A program made the position numbers and the translations under genes. Positions 26,388 through 34,875 of a stretch of DNA of 54,146 bases are shown piece after piece (position 1 is the first letter of the stretch; each line of letters opens with the position of its first letter). This stretch comes from an uncultured Gemmatimonadales bacterium. Lineage in GTDB: Bacteria > Gemmatimonadota > Gemmatimonadetes > Longimicrobiales > Gaopeijiaceae. A model generated the notes under the pieces. It was given only the letters and a program-made list of their open reading frames with translations. It was not told where the DNA came from and searched no databases. The stretch is taken from positions 1 to 54,146 of the forward strand of contig CALJKZ010000121.1 in the NCBI GenBank assembly GCA_937983085.1. The letters are read 5' to 3'.

Positions 26388-27899
26388 TCAGATCGGTTGC
26401 CGGGCCATCTCCGGGAGTCGGTGGAGCCATGGGCGCGCCTCCTCGAGCTGGCCGGCGAGGCGGAAGAGCACGTCTTCCCGGGCAAAGCGGCCTACGAGGT
26501 GCACGCCCACCGGAAGCCTGTCGTCATTCCAGAACAGGGGCACCGACATCGCCGGTTGGCCCGTGACGTTGTAGATGGGCGTCCACGGGATGAAGTCGAG
26601 GGCGGTCTCGGCCGACTCCTCGATGAGTCCGGCGGCTTTCACGACCCGGCCCGAGCCCATCGTGCCCAGGACCTTCAGTTGGACCGTCTGGGCGCGGGTG
26701 GGGGCGATGGCGCCGATGGCGACGGGTGGGGAGGACAAGGTCGGTGTGAGGAGTACGTCGTAGGACTCGAAGAACCGTCCGACGTCGCGGCCCATGACCT
26801 CGATCCAGCGCAGAGCTGCGGCGAACTCCCGGGCGGAGACGGCATGGGAGAGAAGGGCGAGAGCCCACGTGGCGGGCTCGAGGTCGGAGCGGCGAGGTTG
26901 GCGGCCCACGGCTGCGGCGGCCTCTTCCACGTCGGCGCCGAGCTCGCCGGCGACCAGGGTCACGAAGGTGCGCGCGAACGCGGGTCCGTCGATGGGGACC
27001 CGATCTTCCACGACCTCGTGGCCGAGCTCCTCGAGGAGTCGGGCGGCGTCGTGGACGGCGGCGACGCAGTCGGGGTGGACGTCGGTGGGTACATGGGGCT
27101 CGGTGCTCCAGGCGATACGAAGCCGGCCCGGCGGGGCGCCCACCTCGTCCCGGTAGGCTCGTGCCGGAGGGGGCAGGTGGATGGGCGCTCCGGTGTCCGG
27201 CCCCTGCGTGGCGTCCAGCATGGTGGCACTGTCGCGGACGCTGCGGGTGAGGACGTGCTCGACGGCGGCGCCACGCCATAGACGGCCGCGCCGGGGGCCG
27301 GAAGGCGTTCGGCCGCTGGTGGGCTTCAGCCCGAAGATCCCACAGCACGACGCGGGAATCCGTATGGATCCGCCGCCGTCTCCACCTCCGGCCATGGGAA
27401 CGATGCCGGCGGACACCGAGGCCCCGGCACCCCCGCTGGACCCCCCGGGTGTCCTGGACGTGCCCCACGGATTCCGGCAGGGTCCCCAGAGCTCGGATTC
27501 CGTCACGGGGAGAAGGCCCCACTCCGGAGTGTTGGTCTTGCCTGCGACGACGAGTCCAGCGGCCTTCACGCGGACGGCCATCTCCGAATCCCAGGTCACC
27601 ACATGGTCCTTCAGGAAACGGCTTCCCGACGACGTCGGATGCCCGGCGTACATCGTGGTGAGGTCCTTGGCGAGGAACGGAACGCCACGGAACGGCCCGT
27701 CGGCTGGTTGTTGTGCCGCCCGTCGGGCGTCGTCCTCCATCCGATGCACGACCGCATTGAGCGCCGGATTCAGGGCGTCCAGACGCGCCAAGGCGATCTC
27801 GAGGAGCTCGGAAGCGGTCACGTCGCCGCTCGCCACGAGCTCGGCGAGGCCGGTGGCGTCGAGTCCGACGTACTCGTCGTGGGTCATGGACGGCTCCAA
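26388..27899 (-). CDS. Amidase (amidase-signature family)
   Basis: AS sequence GGSSGGAGASVSAGIVPMAGGGDGGGSIRIPASCCGIFGLKPT, with an upstream Lys context FLAKDL. The start may be Met-1 (27899) or Met-5 (27887). Confidence 0.9.
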   Translation of the reverse strand: MEPSMTHDEYVGLDATGLAELVASGDVTASELLEIALARLDALNPALNAVVHRMEDDARRAAQQPADGPFRGVPFLAKDLTTMYAGHPTSSGSRFLKDHVVTWDSEMAVRVKAAGLVVAGKTNTPEWGLLPVTESELWGPCRNPWGTSRTPGGSSGGAGASVSAGIVPMAGGGDGGGSIRIPASCCGIFGLKPTSGRTPSGPRRGRLWRGAAVEHVLTRSVRDSATMLDATQGPDTGAPIHLPPPARAYRDEVGAPPGRLRIAWSTEPHVPTDVHPDCVAAVHDAARLLEELGHEVVEDRVPIDGPAFARTFVTLVAGELGADVEEAAAAVGRQPRRSDLEPATWALALLSHAVSAREFAAALRWIEVMGRDVGRFFESYDVLLTPTLSSPPVAIGAIAPTRAQTVQLKVLGTMGSGRVVKAAGLIEESAETALDFIPWTPIYNVTGQPAMSVPLFWNDDRLPVGVHLVGRFAREDVLFRLAGQLEEARPWLHRLPEMARQPI

Positions 27900-28001
27900 A
27901 AGGTCATTCGCCCGTTCAGGACGTCGTCGAGGAGCTTCATTGCCGAACCCTCTCCGCCGCCCGAGGGTGTGTCAAGCGGAGTCGAGCCGAGCGGTGGAGC
28001 G

Positions 28002-30671
28002 CTACTCGGCGCGGAGCACCGCGATGGGACTGGTCCGGGACGCACGCGCGGCCGGCACGAACGACGCGATGGCGGCCACGGCGAGGAAGAGGGCGAGAAC
28101 CATGGCCAGGGTCACGGGGTCGGCGGGATCCACTCCGAAGAGCACCGCCGACATGAGTTGACCCAGGCCGATGGCCGCGGCCAACCCGACGGCCAGCCCG
28201 ATGAGCGTGAGCTTGATCCCGTCGCCCACCACCCGCCGGCGAATGTCGGCTGCGGAGGCGCCCATGGCGATGCGGACGGCCATCTCCCGCTCGCGCTGCG
28301 CCACCGAGTAGGAGATGAGGCCGTAGATACCCAGGGTCGCCAGGAGGATGGCGCCGCTGCCGAAGATGGACAGGAAGAACGACGACAGCCGCCACTGCAC
28401 GTCGTTCTCGGCGACGACCTCGTCCATGGGTCGGATGATGAGCGGCAGGTCGGGGACCCGCTCCGAGAGGGTGGACCGGATGGAGGGCGCCAGGGACGCC
28501 GGATCACCCTGGCTGCGCGCGACCACGAAGAAGCGTCCGGCCGCCCCTTGAAGCGCCGGCCGATACATCTGGGGTCTGACGTCGTCGGGGTCGAGGTTGG
28601 CATGGAAGATGTCCTCCACCACGCCCACTACCGTGACCGTGGACGGGTCCGCCGGGTCCCCCGTCAGAATCGTCTGGCCCACGGCGTCACCCGCTGGCCA
28701 GAAGCGATCGGCGAACCGTCGGTTCACGACGGTGACGGGCTCGGAGTCGATGCCGTCGGCTGTGGTAAAGTCCCGGCCCGCTACGAGGTCGATGGACATT
28801 GCCTCGAAGTAGCCTGGGTGCACGCGGTTGAAGGTGGCGAGAGGCCATTCTTCGCCCGGGGTGCCGGCGAGACTCGAGGGAACCGTCTGCACGGGGACGG
28901 TCTCGTGGTTCTGGGGAAGCCACTGGACCGTCGACGCGGCTTCGACACCGGGCAGCCCGCCGATGATCTCCACCGTCTCGCTGAGGAAGGCGCGACGCTC
29001 CTCCCCCGTGGGATACTCCTGGCTGGGCAGCGTCAACTCCACGGCGACGACGCGGTCGGGATCGAAGCCCAGGTCGAGGGCCTGGACGGAAAGGAAGCTA
29101 CGGAGCGTAAGGCCGGCACCGGTGAGGAGCACCACCGCCAACGCCACCTGCCCTGCGACCAGCACCCGTCTCCCCCGCGACGTCCCCAGGCCGCCCGAGC
29201 TCTTCGATCCCTCCTTCAGCCCGGTGACGAGGTCGACCTTCGATGCGCTGAGCGCGGGCAGGAGTCCGAACACGATGGGCGTGGCCAGGGTCACGACCAT
29301 CGAGAAGCCCAGGACCAGACCGTCCACCTTGACCCCGCCGATCTTGAAGAGGCCTTCGGGAACCACCGGATCGATGAGGGCGGTGAGGACGAACGCCATG
29401 CCCACGCCCAGGGCCCCGCCCAAAAGCGCCAGCACCACGCTTTCCGTGACCAGTTGCCGGACGAGGCGGCCCCGCGCGGCCCCCAGGGCCGATCGTACCG
29501 AGACCTCGCGCACCCGTCCGCTGGCTCTGGCCATCGTCAGGCTGGCCACGTTGGCGCATGCGATGAGGAGTACGAAGCCCACCGCAGCGAGAAGCACGAC
29601 GAAGAGGACGGTCACGATGTCCCATGCGAAGTTCAGGGCCTCCCGAATGGGCTTGATGGTCACGCCGGCCATTCTCCCGTCGACGTCCGGATACTGCCGC
29701 GACAGCTCCGCCTGGATTCCCGTCAGTTCGTCACGGGCCTCGTCGAGGGTCCACCCGTCCGCCAACCGCCCAATGATGAGGTACGCCTCACGGTCCCGGT
29801 CGTCGGTGGCGGACGCCTGCAGGGGCACCCAGATCTTCACCTCGCCGTAGGGGAAGTTGAAGCTCGGTGGCATCACGCCCACCACGGTGTGCTGCACCCC
29901 GTCGAGGGTGATGGGCCGACCGATGAGCGCGGGGTCCGCCTGGTAGCGACGCTCCCAGAGGCCGTGGTCGAGGACCACCACCGGTTCTGCTCCGGGAGCG
30001 CCGTCTCCGGCCAGGAAGGTGCGACCGTACGCCGGCTGCACGTCCAGCACGTCGAACATGTTCTCGGTGAGGCGCCCGTACGTCATCTGCTCGGGAGCTT
30101 CGACGCCGGTGACGTTGGTGGAGCCGTAGTTGTAGGCGGCCAGGTCGTCGAAGGCCCGGGTCCGGGCTCTCCAGTCGACGTACTGCGGAAAGGAGAAGCG
30201 GGCCATGTCGAAGCCGAGGACAGGGTCGACCTGATTCACCTGGACCAGCTCCTCCGCCTCGCCGAAGGGGAGAGGTCGGAAGAGGTACGGGTTCATCACG
30301 CTGAAGATGGTCGTGTTGGCGGCGATGCCGAATGCCAGCGTAAGCACCACCAGTCCTGCGTATCCCGGCGCGCGCCGAATGGCGCGGAACGCATGTCTCA
30401 GGTCCTGTCCCAACTCGTCCATCGACATCATCTCCTGTCGTCGTTCCCTTCGTCCACGTTCGGTCTGCATGCGCTCGCAGTAGGCGCGGGTCCCCTCCAC
30501 GTCCCCGAACCGCCGGCGCGCCTCGGCCCAGGCGTGTGCTTCGGTCCACCCCTGCGCCAGCAGTTCCTCCACCTCCGACTCCAGGTGGTGTCGGAGCTCG
30601 TCGTCGACGGCGGATCGGACGTCCTCCCGGGACGCACGGTCCAGCCGAAAGGCGCGCTTGAAGTCGGCCAC
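28002..30671 (-). CDS. ADOP-type duplicated FtsX/MacB-like ABC permease with N-terminal permease-prefix domain
   Basis: GTG start at 30671, 7 nt after the padR stop. The prefix domain (DELRHHLESEVEELLAQGWTEAHAWAEARRRFGD) is followed by two FtsX-type four-TM modules separated by large periplasmic domains. Confidence 0.85.
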   Translation of the reverse strand: MADFKRAFRLDRASREDVRSAVDDELRHHLESEVEELLAQGWTEAHAWAEARRRFGDVEGTRAYCERMQTERGRRERRQEMMSMDELGQDLRHAFRAIRRAPGYAGLVVLTLAFGIAANTTIFSVMNPYLFRPLPFGEAEELVQVNQVDPVLGFDMARFSFPQYVDWRARTRAFDDLAAYNYGSTNVTGVEAPEQMTYGRLTENMFDVLDVQPAYGRTFLAGDGAPGAEPVVVLDHGLWERRYQADPALIGRPITLDGVQHTVVGVMPPSFNFPYGEVKIWVPLQASATDDRDREAYLIIGRLADGWTLDEARDELTGIQAELSRQYPDVDGRMAGVTIKPIREALNFAWDIVTVLFVVLLAAVGFVLLIACANVASLTMARASGRVREVSVRSALGAARGRLVRQLVTESVVLALLGGALGVGMAFVLTALIDPVVPEGLFKIGGVKVDGLVLGFSMVVTLATPIVFGLLPALSASKVDLVTGLKEGSKSSGGLGTSRGRRVLVAGQVALAVVLLTGAGLTLRSFLSVQALDLGFDPDRVVAVELTLPSQEYPTGEERRAFLSETVEIIGGLPGVEAASTVQWLPQNHETVPVQTVPSSLAGTPGEEWPLATFNRVHPGYFEAMSIDLVAGRDFTTADGIDSEPVTVVNRRFADRFWPAGDAVGQTILTGDPADPSTVTVVGVVEDIFHANLDPDDVRPQMYRPALQGAAGRFFVVARSQGDPASLAPSIRSTLSERVPDLPLIIRPMDEVVAENDVQWRLSSFFLSIFGSGAILLATLGIYGLISYSVAQREREMAVRIAMGASAADIRRRVVGDGIKLTLIGLAVGLAAAIGLGQLMSAVLFGVDPADPVTLAMVLALFLAVAAIASFVPAARASRTSPIAVLRAE

Positions 30672-30678
30672 GCGACCC

Positions 30679-31023
30679 TCAGACCTCGTCCGGCATGGGC
30701 TCGAGGACCTTGAAGACGGCCGCCGCGTAGCGCTGCCAGAAGCCCACCTCACGCTTCAGTTGGCGCCGGCCCTCGGGAGTCAGGCGGTAGTACTTGGCCC
30801 GGCGGCCCTTGTCCGATACGCCCCACTCGGCCTCGATCCAGCCCGACTTCTCCATGCGGTGCAGCGCCTGATAGAGGGCCGAGTCCTGGAGCTCGAGCTC
30901 ACCGTCGGAGCGATTCCTGATGGACCTCGACACCGCGAAGCCATGGAGAGGGCCCGAGGTCAACGTCTGGAGAATCACCAGGTCTACGGTTCCCGGGAGG
31001 AGTCCCCGGCTTTGTCGTGTCAT
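30679..31023 (-). CDS. PadR family transcriptional regulator
   Basis: An internal ATG at 31023. Winged-helix pattern LLPGTVDLVILQTLTSGPLHGFAVSRSI ... SALYQALHRMEKSGWIEAEW ... RAKYYRLTPEGRRQL. Confidence 0.9.
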   Translation of the reverse strand: MTRQSRGLLPGTVDLVILQTLTSGPLHGFAVSRSIRNRSDGELELQDSALYQALHRMEKSGWIEAEWGVSDKGRRAKYYRLTPEGRRQLKREVGFWQRYAAAVFKVLEPMPDEV

Positions 31024-31091
31024 GTCGTTCTTCCCGGCTTCGCAGGGCATGTCCGGTCAGGGCGCGGGGCCCCTCGGTGGGCATCGGCCGC

Positions 31092-31114
31092 TTGACCTCA
31101 CTTACTGAGGTCAA
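31092..31114. promoter_or_regulatory. Perfect 9-bp-arm inverted repeat, candidate operator in the padR/usp divergent region
   Basis: TTGACCTCA-CTTAC-TGAGGTCAA lies 69 bp upstream of the padR ATG (31023). A 7-bp hairpin CGCCCCT-ACGGA-AGGGGCG follows at 31122-31140. Confidence 0.4.
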
Positions 31115-31153
31115 CAACGGTCGCCCCTACGGAAGGGGCGGTCGAGAGTTTCA

Positions 31154-31241
31154 GCACAGGCCCTCGAGCGTTCCGGCGCAGGCCTTCGAGGGTTCCGCTG
31201 CGGGCCTTCGGCCGCTCCAGCGCAGGCGGTGAGGCGCTCCG
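31154..31241. repeat. Four tandem, progressively diverged 22-bp repeats
   Basis: The four units are gcacaggccctcgagcgttccg, gcgcaggccttcgagggttccg, ctgcgggccttcggccgctcca and gcgcaggcggtgaggcgctccg. Unit 1 vs 2 is 19/22 identical, 2 vs 3 is 14/22, and 2 vs 4 is 15/22. Confidence 0.65.
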
Positions 31242-31354
31242 ACGAACGTGGCCGCGGATCTGGCCCCTCCACCCTCGGGACAACCACATTGGAGTGTCCC
31301 CTCACTCCTGACGCCCCGACCTCTACGGGCGCGACTCCGCGGCAGCTCCCACCC

Positions 31355-32218
31355 GTGTCCCTTCTCTATGACCCGGACCGACACCGCTCGGTGGACTTCG
31401 TGCTCCACCCCACCGACCTGTCGGAGGCGTCGGAGCGCGCCTTCCATCACGCCCTGGCCATCGCCGTCCGCGAGAGCGCCCAATTCACTCTCCTGCACGC
31501 GATCGGCCGGAGGGCCACGGACAACTGGCCGGGCTTTCCGTCGGTACGTGGGAAGCTCTCCGACTGGCGATCGGCGGGCACGTTGGAGGATCTCGAGAGT
31601 CGCGCGAAGCGCGTGAGTGTCAGTAAGATCGAGGTCGACATTCGCGATCCGGTGGCTGCGTGCCTCGAGTACATCGGCCGCCACGCGGTGGACATGATCG
31701 TCCTGGCCACGGCCGACCGTGGGGGGCTGACCCGACTCCTCCGGGCCTCCCGGGCCGAACGGCTGGCCCGGGAATCGCGTATCTTCACGCTCTTCGTGCC
31801 GGAAGGAGGCCGCTATTTCGTGGACGCCCAGACCGGGTCGGTGGATCTTCGACGGATCCTCGTGCCCGTCGACGCCAAGACCGATCCGAGGCCGGCCATG
31901 ATCCGTGCGGTGTCGGTGGCGGCCCTTCTCGAGGATCCCGACTGGGAGATCACTCTTCTCCACGTGAGCGACGACGAGGAGGAGGCCATGGCCATGGACG
32001 TCCCCGATCTGCCGTTCTGCCGGTGGAATGTCGTTCGCCGGTCCGGCGACCCCGCGGAGGAGATCATCCAGGTCGCCGACGAACTGCCCGCCGACGCGGT
32101 CTACATGTCGACGAACTGGAGCCGCACGCGACTCGGGCGAAGCGAGGGCACCGTCACCGAGGAGGTCATCGCTGCGGCGATATGCCCCGTAGCGGCGGTC
32201 CCCGTGGAGGGCCCGTGA
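31355..32218 (+). CDS. Tandem universal stress protein (UspA family)
   Basis: Two Usp modules are present (VDFVLHPTDLSEAS ... and RRILVPVDAKTD ... VYMST). Start uncertain. Third-position G/C rises sharply only after about 31355 (GTG), so the ORF-track start at 31229 looks like read-through. Confidence 0.75.
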   Translation: MSLLYDPDRHRSVDFVLHPTDLSEASERAFHHALAIAVRESAQFTLLHAIGRRATDNWPGFPSVRGKLSDWRSAGTLEDLESRAKRVSVSKIEVDIRDPVAACLEYIGRHAVDMIVLATADRGGLTRLLRASRAERLARESRIFTLFVPEGGRYFVDAQTGSVDLRRILVPVDAKTDPRPAMIRAVSVAALLEDPDWEITLLHVSDDEEEAMAMDVPDLPFCRWNVVRRSGDPAEEIIQVADELPADAVYMSTNWSRTRLGRSEGTVTEEVIAAAICPVAAVPVEGP

Positions 32219-32886
32219 CGAAGGCGCTCAGGGGCGGCGGTGCCGGTGGAGGAGCCGTGACGAGCGTGCCCAGATGGGTGGTGGCGCTCGGCGTTGCCGT
32301 GCTCTTCGCTGCGCCTACACCGGGCGGTGCGCAGACCTACGAAGGCGACACGTGGACCACCGTGGCGGGTGCGAGTCTGGGCCTCTTCTCGGGCAGCGTC
32401 ATGGGCGTCATGGGGACGATGATGCCGTGCAATCGGACGCTCACCGGCGACCGATGTGTGGCTTCGGGGGTGGGGACGGGGGCGGCCATGGGCATGGTCA
32501 TGGGGGGACTCATCGGCGCACAGAACACCAATGCTCTGGACATCCGCGTGGAGAACGCCGGAATCGGGCTGGTGGCGGGGGCCGTGGTCGGTGTCGGCCT
32601 CCGGAGGGCCGTGCGGCAGTACGACTGGACGGACGTCGGCACTGCGGCGTTGGTGGGTGGCGCCATCGGGGCCGCGCCCGTGGGATCGGCCATCGGGGTG
32701 GGAGCCGGGGCGGTGACGGGGGCGCTCGCCTGGTGGTTGGTGCCCGACGCCACCGTCGCGGACATGGCCATGATCGCTCTCCTCGGGCTCGCCGTGGGAG
32801 GCATGGTGGATTGGGCGGACGGGGCCGCATCGGCCAAGTCCGATCGACCGCCGCCCACCTTCCCCCTCTTCACGCTCCGCTTCTGA
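32215..32886 (+). CDS. Glycine-zipper-rich membrane or secreted protein, unknown function
   Basis: This is the 3' part of ORF 31660..32886. The GTG at 32215 overlaps the usp stop as GTGA. Signal-like segment VVALGVAVLFAAPTPGGAQ is followed by repeated GxxxG/A stretches (GVGTGAAMGMVMGGLIGA, GAIGAAPVGSAIGVGAGAVTGA). Alternative GTG starts at 32257 and 32266. Confidence 0.55.
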   Translation: MTKALRGGGAGGGAVTSVPRWVVALGVAVLFAAPTPGGAQTYEGDTWTTVAGASLGLFSGSVMGVMGTMMPCNRTLTGDRCVASGVGTGAAMGMVMGGLIGAQNTNALDIRVENAGIGLVAGAVVGVGLRRAVRQYDWTDVGTAALVGGAIGAAPVGSAIGVGAGAVTGALAWWLVPDATVADMAMIALLGLAVGGMVDWADGAASAKSDRPPPTFPLFTLRF

Positions 32887-34046
32887 TGCCGTCCGCACTT
32901 CGATCGACCCTGGCACTGCTCGGACTCGCCGGTGCCGTCGCGGCGTGTGGCTTCAATCCGACCATGGAGCGCGCGGTACCCACCACCGCGTCCTGCCCCG
33001 TCGAGGCCCGACCGCCCTCGGTTTCCGCTCCGCCCGACACCACCCGGTTGCGCTGGTACCGCGCCGCGCAGGAGCGGGACGTGGATTTGTCTTCACGCTG
33101 GTGCGCGACGGTGGGTGAGCCCGTCTTCACGCCCGACCCGGCTCCGGGTCTGCCTCGTTGGACCCAGGGGCGCGACCTGGAGGCGTTCACCTGGAACGTC
33201 CAGGTGGGCGGTGGGGACGTGATGGCCTTCCTGCGGGCCGAGACCGGCCTGGACTGCACGGACCGTCCGTCGGCCGTAGCGTCGGGCCCCGAACCGTTCG
33301 TCCTTCTGGTCCAGGAGGCGTGGCGCCGGTCCGATGACCTTCCGGTCATTGAAGGAGGGCGGGACGTGCCATGGACCGTCGACCCGGATCGGGGACCGGA
33401 CGGAGGGGCGGACATCGTGGAGGTGGCGGAGCGATGCGGCTTGGCTCTGCTGTACGTGCCGTCGGCGCGGAACGGGCCTGACAGCGGCGACCGGCCGCGA
33501 GAGGACAAAGGCAACGCGCTGCTCTCCTCGGTCAGGCTCACGGCGCCCATCGCTTTGGACCTCCCCTTCGAGGCGGGCAGAAAGGTGGCGGTAGCCGCCA
33601 CCGTGACCGCGCCGGGCGGGGAGCGGGTGAGGATCGTGAGCGCTCATCTCGACGTGGCGTCCACCCTCACCCGGACGTTGATGAGCGGCAACCAGACGCG
33701 AGCCCGGCAGGCCGACGGACTGATCGACGGGTTGCGGAAGGCCGAGGACGACGGCCCGCTGAACGCCGTGACCCTCGTCGGCGGCGACTTCAACAGCTGG
33801 TCGGCGCGGGAGACGGCGCTCAAGCGGATGAGGAGGGCGTTTCCCGAGTCGCCGGAGTGGGATGGAAGAGCGACCTGGCAACCGTTGAGGCTGCCCGTCG
33901 ACCACTTCTTCTTCCGGCGGGGGCCGTTCGAGAACGTCTCCGTCCGCGAGTACAGCCGACTCGAAGACGACTACGGCTCCGACCATTTCGGTCGACGGAT
34001 CGTCGTGGAGTACGCGCCCGGTGAGGCTAGCCCGGCACCCTACTGA
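32886..34046 (+). CDS. Endonuclease/exonuclease/phosphatase (EEP) family lipoprotein
   Basis: An internal ATG at 32886 overlaps the upstream stop by 1 nt. Lipobox LAGAVAACG. EEP motifs LVGGDFNSW and GSDHF are present. Confidence 0.8.
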   Translation: MPSALRSTLALLGLAGAVAACGFNPTMERAVPTTASCPVEARPPSVSAPPDTTRLRWYRAAQERDVDLSSRWCATVGEPVFTPDPAPGLPRWTQGRDLEAFTWNVQVGGGDVMAFLRAETGLDCTDRPSAVASGPEPFVLLVQEAWRRSDDLPVIEGGRDVPWTVDPDRGPDGGADIVEVAERCGLALLYVPSARNGPDSGDRPREDKGNALLSSVRLTAPIALDLPFEAGRKVAVAATVTAPGGERVRIVSAHLDVASTLTRTLMSGNQTRARQADGLIDGLRKAEDDGPLNAVTLVGGDFNSWSARETALKRMRRAFPESPEWDGRATWQPLRLPVDHFFFRRGPFENVSVREYSRLEDDYGSDHFGRRIVVEYAPGEASPAPY

Positions 34047-34875
34047 AGGCGTACACGACGGGCCACACCACCAGCACCCCGCCGCTGCGGACCATCTCGT
34101 CCCGGAGGCGCGTGGCGACGTGGGAGACCTCTTCTTCGGTCTCGAATCCAGCGATCCCTGCTCGGCGCGCCTCGGGAAGCATGCTCCGCACGCTTTCCTC
34201 GACGTACTCGTAGTAGGCGCTGTCCGGACCGCCCTCGACGCGCGCATCGAGACGACAGACGGGCGCGGGTAGGCCGGCGCGCTGGAAGTGATGGCGCAGG
34301 CGGCCGCCGGCATCGACGTCCGCCCCCGCGCTCCGCACCACCTCGCACTTGAAGTGGACGATTCGGTCGTAGAGCGTCGAGTGGGGCTCGGAGTGGCGGG
34401 CCCGGGCCAGGTCCATCCACGACTCGATCATGACCACGACACCCCCCGGCTTCACGTGCCGCGCAGCCGCCGCGAGGACGTCGGCGGGATCCGCCTGGTG
34501 CATGAGCACGAAGCGGCCCACGAGGGCGTCGAAGGACCCTTCGTCCCTCCTCTGGGCGAGGTCGCCGATCTCGGAGACTCGGAAATCGACGTTCGACAGC
34601 CTCTCCGCGGCGGCACGCTCCCGGGCGCGGCCTACCGCCTTCTCGCCGCGGTCGACGCCCAGCACGCGTCCAGTGGGACCGACGACCTCGGCCACCAGGC
34701 AGGATACGTCGCCCGATCCGCACCCGATGTCGAGGACGCGCATCCCGTCCCGAACCCCTGCATCGTGGAGTGCTCGAAGGGTGACGTCACGGTAGAGGGC
34801 CCCCTGCAGGTCGAGCCTTCGGAGCTCCCGGGCGTCGTGCCCGAGGAGGTAGTGGGCAGGGGTGCCCTCCGTCAT
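34027..34875 (-). CDS. Class I SAM-dependent methyltransferase
   Basis: Motif I is VLDIGCGSGDVS, with acidic motif II GVDRGEKAV. The start overlaps the GH20 stop as ATGA. The 3' end overlaps the convergent EEP gene by 20 nt. Confidence 0.85.
   Translation of the reverse strand: MTEGTPAHYLLGHDARELRRLDLQGALYRDVTLRALHDAGVRDGMRVLDIGCGSGDVSCLVAEVVGPTGRVLGVDRGEKAVGRARERAAAERLSNVDFRVSEIGDLAQRRDEGSFDALVGRFVLMHQADPADVLAAAARHVKPGGVVVMIESWMDLARARHSEPHSTLYDRIVHFKCEVVRSAGADVDAGGRLRHHFQRAGLPAPVCRLDARVEGGPDSAYYEYVEESVRSMLPEARRAGIAGFETEEEVSHVATRLRDEMVRSGGVLVVWPVVYAFSRVPG

Noticed and set aside
27603-30713. A 1036-aa ORF on the plus strand, the longest in the track. Similar long ORFs occur at 2355..3815, 21378..23498, 36681..38228, 41565..43385, 19575..20435 and 25333..26574.
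   Set aside because: All lie antisense or out of frame to genes with clear family motifs. Their translations are Arg/Gly/Pro/Ala-rich low-complexity strings, typical of non-coding frames in high-GC DNA. None shows a recognisable motif.
31154-31241. The tandem 22-bp repeats as a possible CRISPR array or minisatellite-encoded peptide (ORF 31017..31232).
   Set aside because: The units are directly adjacent with no spacers, there are only four, and they decay quickly. No cas genes are present. The overlapping 71-aa ORF has no coding-like third-position bias.
31229-31354. The ORF-track start of the usp gene at 31229.
   Set aside because: About 29% of third positions are A/T over these 42 codons, versus about 12% afterwards. 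The stretch overlaps the repeat array, and the first Usp beta-strand (VDFVLHPTD) begins just after the GTG at 31355.
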